DNA of 64,000 nucleotides. Source: Parcubacteria group bacterium GW2011_GWA2_40_23 (lineage in GTDB: Bacteria; Patescibacteriota; Patescibacteriia; UBA11705; JABHMO01). Made by a program: the position numbers and the translations under genes. Shown one piece after another: positions 9,836 to 19,583 of this stretch (position 1 is the first letter of the stretch; every line of letters begins with the position of its first letter). The DNA is taken from positions 17,197 to 81,196 of the forward strand of contig LBYP01000001.1 in NCBI GenBank assembly GCA_000996245.1. Direction: 5' to 3'. The notes beneath the pieces were generated by a model. It ran no database searches. It saw nothing but the letters and a program-made list of their open reading frames with translations, and was not told the origin of the DNA.

Positions 9836-10399
9836 ATGGACTGGCAAACAAAAAAACTTCGTGATGTTTGTGATGTAATTGCTGGCCAATCGCCAGAAGG
9901 TAAATTTTATAATAAGTCTGGAAATGGTGTACCCTTTTATCAGGGCAAAAAAGAATTTGGCGAAAAAATAGTTGGAAAACCAACAACTTGGACAACTAAA
10001 GTTACAAAGGAAGCATTGAGTGGCGATATTCTAATGTCGGTGAGAGCACCGGTTGGACCAACTAATTTTGCTACAGAAAAAATCTGTATCGGTCGTGGTC
10101 TTGCCGCAATTAGGGTTGGTAAAGATATCGATAAGTTTTTTCTATTTAATTTTTTGCAGTTATATGAAAGTAAAATAGTTGGTAATAAAGGTGCTGTGTT
10201 TGATTCAATTAGCAAAACACAGATAGAAAATATTGAGATATTATTGCCACCTCTACCCGAACAGAAATCCATCGTCGCCAAACTCGACGCTCTTTCCACT
10301 GAAACTAAAAAACTGGAAGCAATTTATAAACAAAAACTGGCGGATTTGGAAGAATTGAAAAAGTCAGTGTTGAAGAAGGCGTTTAGTGGGGTGTTATAA
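9836..10399 (+). CDS. hsdS: Type I R-M specificity subunit S, half-size (single TRD plus conserved helix)
   Basis: W..KKLRDVC, GDILMSVRAPVG, PPLPEQKSIV...AFSG; only 187 aa. Confidence 0.85.
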   Translation: MDWQTKKLRDVCDVIAGQSPEGKFYNKSGNGVPFYQGKKEFGEKIVGKPTTWTTKVTKEALSGDILMSVRAPVGPTNFATEKICIGRGLAAIRVGKDIDKFFLFNFLQLYESKIVGNKGAVFDSISKTQIENIEILLPPLPEQKSIVAKLDALSTETKKLEAIYKQKLADLEELKKSVLKKAFSGVL

Positions 10400-10533
10400 T
10401 GCTGGTTCTTGATTTTCGAAAGAATGCTTTAAAGTTATAATTGTAAATCAGATCTTGTAGTTTACTGTTAATTATGTTAAAATTAGCAGTAAGTTAACAG
10501 AAGGGATAAAAATAATAAATTTAGCCAAATAAT

Positions 10534-11856
10534 ATGATTGAAAAACCTCCCAAATGGGAAGAACTATTATCAGGGGAGCTTATTAGGAAAGTTCATGATT
10601 CTAAGGAAACTCAAGAAATTTTGAGTAAGGCACAAAAGGAATATGTTTATTGGGATAAATTTAAGTATTATTTATTTCCTAAAAATGTAACACCCAAAGA
10701 GGCCTGGGCATTCTTAAAAATTTCAAGATCCTCAAATGAAAAAACTCCCATTAAGTCTATTACAGGGAGCACTTTTACTTATAATCTTCCAAAAAGTTTA
10801 TATCAAAAATTAAATTTTATTGACACTCACGGAGCGGGTTTGCTTAAGAGTTTTAAAGACAGACCTTCAAGTACACAGACAGTAAAATATATAATTAGCA
10901 GTTTGGCTGAAGAAGCTATCGCTTCTAGTCAAATTGAGGGCGCTAATACTACACATAAGGTGGCGAAAGAAATGATTTTATCTCAAAGAAAACCACGTAA
11001 CAGAAGTGAACAAATGATCGTAAATAACTATTTGGCTATGCAAAGGGTCTCCGAATGGAAAGACATGGATTTAACAGAACAAATGTTGCTTGATCTGCAA
11101 AAGACCATCACAGACCAAACAATTGATGAGCCTACTAGTGTTGGTAGGTTTAGGAATGATGAGGATCAAATAGTTGTAAGCGATCCAATAACAGGCGAGA
11201 TAGCGCATATTCCGTTTAAACGAGAAAAGATGTTGTCTGAATTAAAGAGGTTGATTGATTATGCTAATAAGCCGGAGGACGATGATGACTTTACTCATCC
11301 TGTTGTAAAAGCGACTATTTTGCATTTTTGGTTTGCCTATTTACACCCTTTTGTAGACGGTAACGGGAGATCCTCAAGAGCTCTTTTTTATTGGTATTTA
11401 TTAAAAAATAATTATTGGCTTATAGAGTATATTTCTGTTTCTAGAACAATTAAACAAAGTAGAAAAGCATATGACAATGCGTTCTTGTATAGCGAAAATG
11501 ATGATAATGACTTGACCTATTTTTTGCTTTATAATGCCGAGATATTCAAAAAATCAATTCTTCAATTTTTGGAATATTTTGCGGAAAAAATGAAAGAGGT
11601 TGATGAATCGAAGAAGACCACTTCGTTGTTGGGTATATTTAATTCCAGACAAGTTATGTTGCTTAAATATTTTCTTTCTCATATTGATGAATACACTGAC
11701 GTTATAACACATCAAAATAAGCACGGAATATCACGTCCTTCCGCTTATAATGATCTTAGCTTTTTGGTGGGAAAAGGATATCTTGCGAAGACAAGAAAAG
11801 GAAAGAGGTTAGTGTATATGCCAAATGCAACAAAAATTAAAGAAATATTTAATTAG
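10534..11856 (+). CDS. Fic family protein (class II, N-terminal inhibitory motif, C-terminal wHTH)
   Basis: HPFVDGNGRSSR active-site motif; SSQIEG inhibitory motif. Confidence 0.9.
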   Translation: MIEKPPKWEELLSGELIRKVHDSKETQEILSKAQKEYVYWDKFKYYLFPKNVTPKEAWAFLKISRSSNEKTPIKSITGSTFTYNLPKSLYQKLNFIDTHGAGLLKSFKDRPSSTQTVKYIISSLAEEAIASSQIEGANTTHKVAKEMILSQRKPRNRSEQMIVNNYLAMQRVSEWKDMDLTEQMLLDLQKTITDQTIDEPTSVGRFRNDEDQIVVSDPITGEIAHIPFKREKMLSELKRLIDYANKPEDDDDFTHPVVKATILHFWFAYLHPFVDGNGRSSRALFYWYLLKNNYWLIEYISVSRTIKQSRKAYDNAFLYSENDDNDLTYFLLYNAEIFKKSILQFLEYFAEKMKEVDESKKTTSLLGIFNSRQVMLLKYFLSHIDEYTDVITHQNKHGISRPSAYNDLSFLVGKGYLAKTRKGKRLVYMPNATKIKEIFN

Positions 11857-11858
11857 TT

Positions 11859-14162
11859 ATGAATGAATCAGAAACTAGAGCTGAATATATTGACCCCAAA
11901 CTCAAAGCAAGTGGTTGGGGTGAAGTCGAAGGGTCAAAAGTTCTAAGAGAATTTAGAATTACCGATGGTCGTATCCAAACGGGCGGACTTCGAGGTAAAC
12001 CTGAAATTGCTGATTACATTTTAGTTTATAAAAATTGTAAGATTGGTGTAATTGAAGCCAAGGCTGAAAATTTAGAAGCAACTGAAGGTGCAGCACAAGC
12101 AAAATCTTATGCGCAAAAACTGCAAATAGATTATACCTATGCCACAAATGGCAAAGAGATTTATGAAATATCGATGGGTACGGGTAAAGAAAAAAGTATT
12201 GCTGATTTCCCGACACCTGATGAATTGTGGAATAAAACTTTTTCAAATCAAAATGAATGGAAAGAAAAATTTGCTAATCAACCAAACGAAGGCGAATATG
12301 GGAAACGTTATTATCAAGAAATTGCAATTAATAATGTGTTAAATGCTGTTGCAGAAGACAAAACAAGAATTCTTTTGACCATGGCCACTGGAACTGGGAA
12401 AACAGCGGTGGCATTCCAAATCGCCTGGAAACTTTTTCAAACTCGTTGGAGTTTAAACCCAGACGGTGGTCGACGGCCAAGAATTTTATTTTTAGCAGAT
12501 CGAAATATTTTAGCTGATCAAGCTTTTAATTCATTCTCAGCTTTCGATAAAGACGCACTTGTTCGCATAAATCCGTTAGATATTCGTAAAAAAGGCGCAG
12601 TTCCAAAAAGTGGAAGCGTCTTTTTCACTATTTTTCAAACTTTTATGAGTGGCCCTGATGGGACGCCTTATTTTGGGGATTACCCAGCAGATTTTTTTGA
12701 TTTTATAGTTATTGATGAGTGCCATAGAGGTGGAGCTAACGACGAAAGTAATTGGCGCGGAATATTAGAATATTTCTTTCCAGCCGTACAACTTGGTTTA
12801 ACAGCTACGCCAAAGCGCAAAGATAACGTCGATACATATAAATATTTTGGCGAACCTGTATATACATATTCGCTTAAGGAAGGTGTTAATGATGGTTTTT
12901 TGACTCCATTTAAGGTTAAAAGAATTCAAACTACCTTAGATGATTATGTTTATACTTCGGATGATCAAATAATTGAAGGAGAAGTTGAGGTTGGTAAAGT
13001 TTATACGGAACCAGAGTTCAATAGAACTATTGTAATTGAACAACGAGAAGCAAAACGTGTAAAAGTATTTCTTGATGACATTAATCAAAACGAGAAGTCA
13101 ATCATTTTCTGTGCAACTCAGGGACACGCTCTTTTGATTCGTGATTTAATAAATCAAATGAAAAACAGTAAAGATCCTAATTACTGTGTACGAGTAACAG
13201 CAAATGACGGCGCACGAGGAGATCAATTTTTGAGAGAATTCCAAGATAATGAAAAGACCATCCCAACGATTTTAACTACATCACAAAAACTTTCAACAGG
13301 TGTTGATGCACGCAACATTCGTAATATAGTATTAATGCGTCCAGTAAACTCGATGATTGAATTCAAACAAATTATTGGGCGAGGGACTAGACTTTTTGAT
13401 GGGAAAGAATATTTTACCATCTATGATTTCGTTGATGCATATAAGCATTTTTCTGATCCAGAATGGGATGGTGAACCTGTAGATGAGTCTACCGAGAGAG
13501 AACCGAAGATCAAAAAATTGAAAGCTGTAGTGGAAACATTACCACAGCCTGAACCAATATATGAACCAATGGAAAAGTTGAAAATAAAGTTGCGTGATGG
13601 TAAGGAGCGAGAAATTAAACATATGATTTCTACTTCATTTTGGAGTGCCGACGGGAAACCAATATCCATCCAGGAATTTATGGATAACATGTTTGGTGCT
13701 ATGCCTGAGTTCTTTAAGAGTGAAGAAGAATTACGGAAAATTTGGTCGAATCCAACTACACGTAAAGTGTTTTTAGATAAAATTGCTGAAAAAGGCTATG
13801 GCAAGGATGAATTAGAGACTTTGCAAAAAATGGTTGATGCTGAACAAAGCGATTTATTTGACGTTCTAACTTATATTTCATTTTTAACACAACCTATTTC
13901 AAGAGTGGAAAGAGTTGAACAAACAAAAGATAAAATTTTCAAAGGACTTGATGCAAAACAAAAGGAATTTTTAGATTTCGTTTTGACAAAATATGAAGAG
14001 AAAGGTGTTGAAGAATTAGATGAGGACAAGTTGCCCATACTGTTAAATTTAAAATATCATGCCATAGCTGATGCTGAACAATTGCTCGGAAGCGTCGATG
14101 ACATCCGATCAATTTTCTTCAATTTTCAGAAGAATTTATATGCTAAACTAAGTAATAAATAA
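11859..14162 (+). CDS. hsdR: Type I restriction endonuclease subunit R (EcoAI/EcoEI-like)
   Basis: ADYIL...IEAK nuclease motif; ATGTGKT, DECH, TATP and QIIGRGTR helicase motifs. Confidence 0.93.
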   Translation: MNESETRAEYIDPKLKASGWGEVEGSKVLREFRITDGRIQTGGLRGKPEIADYILVYKNCKIGVIEAKAENLEATEGAAQAKSYAQKLQIDYTYATNGKEIYEISMGTGKEKSIADFPTPDELWNKTFSNQNEWKEKFANQPNEGEYGKRYYQEIAINNVLNAVAEDKTRILLTMATGTGKTAVAFQIAWKLFQTRWSLNPDGGRRPRILFLADRNILADQAFNSFSAFDKDALVRINPLDIRKKGAVPKSGSVFFTIFQTFMSGPDGTPYFGDYPADFFDFIVIDECHRGGANDESNWRGILEYFFPAVQLGLTATPKRKDNVDTYKYFGEPVYTYSLKEGVNDGFLTPFKVKRIQTTLDDYVYTSDDQIIEGEVEVGKVYTEPEFNRTIVIEQREAKRVKVFLDDINQNEKSIIFCATQGHALLIRDLINQMKNSKDPNYCVRVTANDGARGDQFLREFQDNEKTIPTILTTSQKLSTGVDARNIRNIVLMRPVNSMIEFKQIIGRGTRLFDGKEYFTIYDFVDAYKHFSDPEWDGEPVDESTEREPKIKKLKAVVETLPQPEPIYEPMEKLKIKLRDGKEREIKHMISTSFWSADGKPISIQEFMDNMFGAMPEFFKSEEELRKIWSNPTTRKVFLDKIAEKGYGKDELETLQKMVDAEQSDLFDVLTYISFLTQPISRVERVEQTKDKIFKGLDAKQKEFLDFVLTKYEEKGVEELDEDKLPILLNLKYHAIADAEQLLGSVDDIRSIFFNFQKNLYAKLSNK

Positions 14163-14202
14163 TGTCTGATTAAATTGGTTCACTTAAAAGGAGTAAATTT
14201 TT

Positions 14203-14931
14203 ATGTCGCCTAAATACAACTTAGACAAAATTAAACATGCCACTGATGCACCTACCTTCCAAAAGGCGATTGGTTTGTATGAGGGTGGCAAAGTCATAAA
14301 CTTTCATGAGGATTTTGGTCGTTTTAGTGCGACAGTTTTAGGCACAGAACCGTATATGGTTTATGTTGATGGCAATCATTATGGTCAAGGTGCTTGTGAT
14401 TGTTATCTGGGGCAAAACGATACTCTTTGTAAACACATGGTGGCAGTAGCAATTTACGCTGTTTTGAATGGTCAGGAGTTGAGTTCTACGGATAAAAATA
14501 TAATTACAGAACTTGTTTGTAGTGCTAAGTCGGGAGCATTAAACAAAGAAGATTTAGCGGTGGTTAAAAAAAATATCACTTCTTCTATTAAGTATATTAA
14601 AGCTTATGTCGGTCCGTCGAGGACTTGGTTTGCCTATCAAAACTCCTTGGATGAGGGGTGCTCCCGTTTGTCAGAGATTGTGTGCAGTCTGCCCATTAGT
14701 CTGCAAACTGCAAAATTAATTGTTAATTTGCTTTTACGTCTTGATAAGAAGTTATGCCAGGGTGGAGTTGATGATTCCAACGGTACCGTTGGTGGATTTA
14801 TAGAAGAACTTGTTAAAGTCCTGGAAGACTTTGTAAAAGCTGATGCTTCTTGTTTAGCATCTTTTAATGAATTAAAAAACAGGGAAACATGTTTTGGCTG
14901 GGAAGAGCCTCTTCTTAAATTACTTATCTAG
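14203..14931 (+). CDS. SWIM zinc-finger domain protein
   Basis: CDC-x8-CKH SWIM pattern; GGVDDSNGTVGG motif. Confidence 0.7.
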   Translation: MSPKYNLDKIKHATDAPTFQKAIGLYEGGKVINFHEDFGRFSATVLGTEPYMVYVDGNHYGQGACDCYLGQNDTLCKHMVAVAIYAVLNGQELSSTDKNIITELVCSAKSGALNKEDLAVVKKNITSSIKYIKAYVGPSRTWFAYQNSLDEGCSRLSEIVCSLPISLQTAKLIVNLLLRLDKKLCQGGVDDSNGTVGGFIEELVKVLEDFVKADASCLASFNELKNRETCFGWEEPLLKLLI

Positions 14932-15028
14932 TTTTTGTGTTTTATGCTCCCTGTTCTATCACGAATCAGGAATTTTGTTTTCTTGTTCTCGAATGCTACG
15001 ATATCATTATAAAACCTAAAAATAAATT

Positions 15029-16675
15029 ATGTTAAAACGTTTTGCGTTCGTGATGATTTTGGCTTTCCTTTTATTACCGCAAATTACTTTGGCCGATGGT
15101 GCTGCTTTTATTCCTGGCCCATACGATGATCGTTGGGATTATAATCAGGAATCCACTCAGTCGGCCATCATTGATTTTAAAAATGGCACGCAAAAAATGC
15201 TTTTGAATGTAGGTTTTGAATCTGCTGAAGTCGACACAGTTTGGCTTTTCCCGGTGCCAGCTCAACCAGAAAAAATAATTATTGATGTAGTCGAAGATGT
15301 TCCAAATCTTCGTGGAGAAGAACTAGGTGATAGTGCCAAATCACAGCTGGATATTTCTAGACGTGGTTTGTTGGCCTTACAAGTGTATGCTATTCCTTTT
15401 GCGTTAAGTCATAGATATTCTGGTTCTGGTGGAACAGGCGTGTCTTTGGGTGGTGCTGGTTTTGGTGCGTCAGATGGCAAGTCCGCAGATGTTCTTGTCT
15501 ATGAAACCATTGAAAAAGAGGGCATTACGTCACAAATAATTACCGCCAAGACTTCTGTTGGACTTTTTAAATATTTAAGAGAAAAGAATCTGAATATTAA
15601 GGGTGGCAGTATTCCTGCACTGGACGAATATGTTGGTAAAGATTTTTCTTTTGTGGTTTCTTGGATTTCAACACAAAATAAGCCGGATAAGAGTCGCCAA
15701 GAGGTAGAAGATAAACTTTTACGCTTTTCTAATAATTATTTTCAAGAGTCTAATGGTATTAAAAAAGATTTTTTGAAAGGAATTCAAACGCAATTTCCTG
15801 ATAATTATCTTGCTTATACGTCAGCCGTTTATCAGGGATCGCATGTCGGAGGTGATTATCTAATTATAAATACTGAGTTTAAGAACAAGTTGGTGGATTT
15901 GTTACTGCAATCGCCAGAATTACTAATAGAAGATACGTATTATGATTATAGGGGGGCTGAGAGTAAGGTCCGTGGCGTTTTCGTTAGTTTCCCTACGGAA
16001 AAAGCTTTTTATCCATTAAAGTTGACGAGTGTCTATGGCAGTGAAATTATTCCTACTGATATTCGTCTTGTTGGGTATGTGGAACCGCAAACTTATAAGG
16101 ATATTGCCCCGTATGTTGAGACAAGTTATTATTTTGAGTCTGATTATTATGATACTTATGGTACTCCTAAGAATTTGTTTGGGTGGGAAAATAATCAGTC
16201 GATACGTTATACAAAAGTTACTTTGAAGGCACCATCTAAATTATTTACACAAGATCTTTGGTTTACCCCGAATAATAGTATCAAGTTGTCTGTTCTTGAA
16301 TTGCTTGGTCGATCTTTCTTTTTCACTTTTATACCGTTATTTCTGATTTGTTCATTTTTAGCTGGTATCTTTGCTGCTTGGATTGCGTTTTGGGGAAGAT
16401 TGGAATCTCGTCGTAAACTATGGAGGTATGGTTTATTAAGTTGGTTTAATTTTTTTAGTATATTTGCAGTCATGTTAGTTGTTTTCTTCTCGAGAACAAG
16501 AAGTTTAGACGAAGCACATAAGGCAACTCTAGTTGGATTAAAGTCCCAGGGTTTATCAACCTGGGCTATTCATTCAAAGGACTATGGTCGAAAATTGTTG
16601 TTCGTGATATTGTTCTCTTTGACTTATGTCGCCCTGGTTTTATTCTTTTGCTGGATTTTGCGTGTAATTCTGTAA
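15029..16675 (+). CDS. Secreted/membrane-anchored DUF2330-like protein
   Basis: Signal peptide, QSAIIDF...WLFPVPAQP motif, FYPLKLTS, three C-terminal TM helices. Confidence 0.55.
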   Translation: MLKRFAFVMILAFLLLPQITLADGAAFIPGPYDDRWDYNQESTQSAIIDFKNGTQKMLLNVGFESAEVDTVWLFPVPAQPEKIIIDVVEDVPNLRGEELGDSAKSQLDISRRGLLALQVYAIPFALSHRYSGSGGTGVSLGGAGFGASDGKSADVLVYETIEKEGITSQIITAKTSVGLFKYLREKNLNIKGGSIPALDEYVGKDFSFVVSWISTQNKPDKSRQEVEDKLLRFSNNYFQESNGIKKDFLKGIQTQFPDNYLAYTSAVYQGSHVGGDYLIINTEFKNKLVDLLLQSPELLIEDTYYDYRGAESKVRGVFVSFPTEKAFYPLKLTSVYGSEIIPTDIRLVGYVEPQTYKDIAPYVETSYYFESDYYDTYGTPKNLFGWENNQSIRYTKVTLKAPSKLFTQDLWFTPNNSIKLSVLELLGRSFFFTFIPLFLICSFLAGIFAAWIAFWGRLESRRKLWRYGLLSWFNFFSIFAVMLVVFFSRTRSLDEAHKATLVGLKSQGLSTWAIHSKDYGRKLLFVILFSLTYVALVLFFCWILRVIL

Positions 16676-16892
16676 TCATTTAATCATGGTAATCATTTAA
16701 TCATAGAAATCATAGTAATGGTGCTGTGTCTGAGCTAAATCACAGTCATCATAAAAATCATAGTTAATCATAGTAATGGTGCTGTGTCGAGCTAAATCAC
16801 AGTCATCATAAAAATCATAGTTAATCATAGTAATGGTGCTGTGTCTGAGCTAAATCACAGTCATCACAAAAATCATAGTTAATCATAGTAAG
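16673..16892 (+). repeat. AATCAT array plus three 57-58 bp tandem units (copy 3)
   Basis: Units start at 16708, 16766 and 16823 (partial at 16881): aatcatagtaatggtgctgtgtctgagctaaatcacagtcatcataaaaatcatagtt. Confidence 0.92.
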
Positions 16893-16893
16893 T

Positions 16894-17595
16894 ATGGTCA
16901 GAAAGTATAACAATGTCTTTGTAACTGGCGACACGCATTTGGGCGATGTTGTTTTTAATTATGAGGACAAGCTTGTTGATGCCATAAAACAAGATAATTT
17001 TGATGCCATTATCTTCGGCGGAGATACTTTTGATTCTTGGCGTGGAGGCTCTATTAAAGATATTCTTGCTAAGTACGATCAGTTGTTTAAGTTTTTACAA
17101 AAATTGAAAAGTAAGGTCGTATTTATCAGAGGGAACCATGATCCGCATATCGATGTGTTGAAAAGATTGGGGTTCTCAGTACGTAAACGATTTAAATATA
17201 TTGGATCATTAGGTGAGCGTGTTAAGGTTGTTCATGGGCATGAGTTTGATGATACTTGTAAGCGTTGGGAGTTTTTTATCAAGAGAATTGCTTATATTGA
17301 GAATAAAATTAATCAATGTCTCACAAAAGTAGACAATGAAACTTTTATTCGTTTTATGAATTTGATTAAACTTAACAAAATTGATTTACAAAGAGTTTTG
17401 AGTAGTTTCCGCGAGCGAGTTAATAATTATCGTAATACCGACGCCTTCCTCTTTGGACACACTCATTTGCCTATGACAGAGGAGCTGGGGAAGGTGAAGT
17501 TTTACAATTGGGGTGGCTGGCAAAAGGATTTTGGATCAAACCCACATTTCATTATCCACAAAGACGGTAAGTTTAGTAATATTGATATAAAATAA
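16894..17595 (+). CDS. Calcineurin-like metallophosphoesterase (LpxH-like)
   Basis: GDTHLG, GDTFD, GNHD, HGHEFD and GHTH motifs. Confidence 0.85.
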   Translation: MVRKYNNVFVTGDTHLGDVVFNYEDKLVDAIKQDNFDAIIFGGDTFDSWRGGSIKDILAKYDQLFKFLQKLKSKVVFIRGNHDPHIDVLKRLGFSVRKRFKYIGSLGERVKVVHGHEFDDTCKRWEFFIKRIAYIENKINQCLTKVDNETFIRFMNLIKLNKIDLQRVLSSFRERVNNYRNTDAFLFGHTHLPMTEELGKVKFYNWGGWQKDFGSNPHFIIHKDGKFSNIDIK

Positions 17596-17630
17596 AAATT
17601 CCGTGGCTTATTGGCCGACGGGATTTTTTA
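17595..17630. terminator. Bidirectional terminator between convergent genes
   Basis: aaaaattccgtggc-ttattg-gccgacgggattttt, imperfect stem flanked by A/T runs. Confidence 0.6.
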
Positions 17631-17646
17631 TTCTGTCTACAACGTC

Positions 17647-17820
17647 TTATTTAGTCTTTGCCAAAGTTTTTATGCAACGTGTGCAGGCCTTTGTTCTCTT
17701 GCCATCAATAGTTTTGATTTGAAGATTTGGATATTGTCTTGCTTTGGTGGCAATACGAGAATGACTGCGTGTGGTTGTTGCTTTTGGACCTTTACCGCAA
17801 ATTTCGCAAATTCTTGACAT
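17647..17820 (-). CDS. rpmB: 50S ribosomal protein bL28 (zinc-ribbon type)
   Basis: MSRICEICGKGP...PNLQ...CTRCIK; start at ATG 17820. Confidence 0.92.
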   Translation of the reverse strand: MSRICEICGKGPKATTTRSHSRIATKARQYPNLQIKTIDGKRTKACTRCIKTLAKTK

Positions 17821-17883
17821 ATAATAGGTTAATATCTTTAGATGGTCATATACTAACATGTATGATATAATTTATCAAGTTTT

Positions 17884-18525
17884 ATGATATTAATGAATTT
17901 TTTCGACAATCCCATTATTATCATCCCTTGGCTAGCCGCTATTATTATTGCTTTAACGGTGCACGAATTTTCTCATGCATTGGCAGCGACATTATTGGGC
18001 GATTCAACAGCCAAGGATGAAGGTCGGTTGACTCTAAACCCTCTGGCACATGTCAGTTGGATCGGTTTTTTTATGCTGTTGCTTGTTGGTTTCGGTTGGG
18101 GAAAACCAGTCCCGTTTAACCCCTATAACCTCAAATATCAGCGTTTTGGGCCAGCTTTAGTTGCTGTTGCTGGACCATTTTCTAACCTAATTTTAGCTAT
18201 TATTTCTGGTGTTGCCCTTAAATTAGTTGTTATTTCAGGTTTTGTTTCAGTAAATAATCTTCTTTTTCAGTTTTTATTCACTTTGATTTCGTTAAACATT
18301 GTTTTACTATTATTCAATTTGTTACCTTTTCCTCCTTTAGACGGCTCAAAGATCCTTTTTGCCTTTTTATCTGGACCAAAATATTACGCATTTAGACAAT
18401 TGTTAGAAACTCAAGGACCATTCTTTTTGATGTTATTGCTAATTTTCGACAATTTTTTGAATATTAACATTTTTGGCTCTATTTTTTCAGTTGTGATCAA
18501 TTTCGTTTACAGTATTTTGCTTTAA
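17884..18525 (+). CDS. Site-2 protease family (M50) membrane metalloprotease
   Basis: HEFSH, AGPFSN and FNLLPFPPLDG motifs. Confidence 0.92.
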   Translation: MILMNFFDNPIIIIPWLAAIIIALTVHEFSHALAATLLGDSTAKDEGRLTLNPLAHVSWIGFFMLLLVGFGWGKPVPFNPYNLKYQRFGPALVAVAGPFSNLILAIISGVALKLVVISGFVSVNNLLFQFLFTLISLNIVLLLFNLLPFPPLDGSKILFAFLSGPKYYAFRQLLETQGPFFLMLLLIFDNFLNINIFGSIFSVVINFVYSILL

Positions 18526-18544
18526 AATCTTCAGGATCAGCTTC

Positions 18545-18573
18545 TTGACGTATATTATTTCATGTGCTATCCT
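18545..18573 (+). promoter_or_regulatory. str operon promoter
   Basis: TTGACG-17 nt-(TGc)TATCCT upstream of rpsL. Confidence 0.65.
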
Positions 18574-18630
18574 GTGGTTAATTATTATAGCCTAAATTAA
18601 GCTAATTTTTATTTTCCGAGAACATAATTT

Positions 18631-19050
18631 ATGCCAACAACTAATCAATTGATTCGAAAAGGACGCCAAAGCACAAGCAAAAAGACAAAGTCTCCTGCCA
18701 TGCAAACTGTTTTGAATACAATCAAGAGAACTCGCAATACGCTACCAAAAGGTGCTGCTTTTAAGCGTGGTGTTTGTGTTAAAGTAACTACAACAACACC
18801 AAAGAAACCTAACTCAGCTCTCCGAAAAATTGCTCGTGTTCGTTTATCAAATGGACAAGAAGTTACCGCCTATATTCCGGGAGAAGGACATAATTTACAA
18901 GAACACTCAATCGTCATGATCCGTGGTGGACGTGTGTCAGATTTACCAGGTGTTCGTTATCATATTGTACGTGGTGTTTACGATACCCATGGAGTAGAGG
19001 GAAGAAAGAATTCTCGTTCACTTTATGGCGCTAAGAAAGCTACTAAATAA
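18631..19050 (+). CDS. rpsL: 30S ribosomal protein uS12
   Basis: [21 protein letters not shown]. Confidence 0.98.
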   Translation: MPTTNQLIRKGRQSTSKKTKSPAMQTVLNTIKRTRNTLPKGAAFKRGVCVKVTTTTPKKPNSALRKIARVRLSNGQEVTAYIPGEGHNLQEHSIVMIRGGRVSDLPGVRYHIVRGVYDTHGVEGRKNSRSLYGAKKATK

Positions 19051-19061
19051 TTGAATCGCTT

Positions 19062-19556
19062 ATGAGAGGAAAACAAGCTCCAAAAAGAAAAATTAAGCCA
19101 GATAGTAAGTATAATAGTACTTTAGTGGCTAAATTTATTAATTACATCATGGAACGTGGCAAAAAATCAGTCGCTGAACAAATTGTTTACGATTGTTTTA
19201 ATATTATTGATGATCAAATTAAATCAGGTAAGATTGCTAAGGAAAATGAAAATGCTCTTAATGTTTTTGATCTCGCAGTAAAAAACGTTTCACCGCAAAT
19301 TGAAGTTAAAAGTAAACGGGTTGGTGGTGGTAATTATCAAATCCCAATTCCAGTTCGTGGCGAACGCAAATACTATTTAGCTTTTCATTGGTTAATCAAT
19401 GCTGCTACTTCAAAAAAAGGTAGACCAATGGCCAAAAAGTTAGCTGACGAATTAATTGCTGCTTTGAATAATGAAGGTGATGCTATTAAAAAGAAAAATG
19501 ATGTGCATCGTATGGCAGAAGCCAATCGCGCCTTTGCTCATTTCGCACGTGGTTAA
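19062..19556 (+). CDS. rpsG: 30S ribosomal protein uS7
   Basis: RVGGGNYQIP, HRMAEANRAFAH. Confidence 0.98.
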   Translation: MRGKQAPKRKIKPDSKYNSTLVAKFINYIMERGKKSVAEQIVYDCFNIIDDQIKSGKIAKENENALNVFDLAVKNVSPQIEVKSKRVGGGNYQIPIPVRGERKYYLAFHWLINAATSKKGRPMAKKLADELIAALNNEGDAIKKKNDVHRMAEANRAFAHFARG

Positions 19557-19583
19557 ATATTAAATTATTAGTTTTAAAATTGT

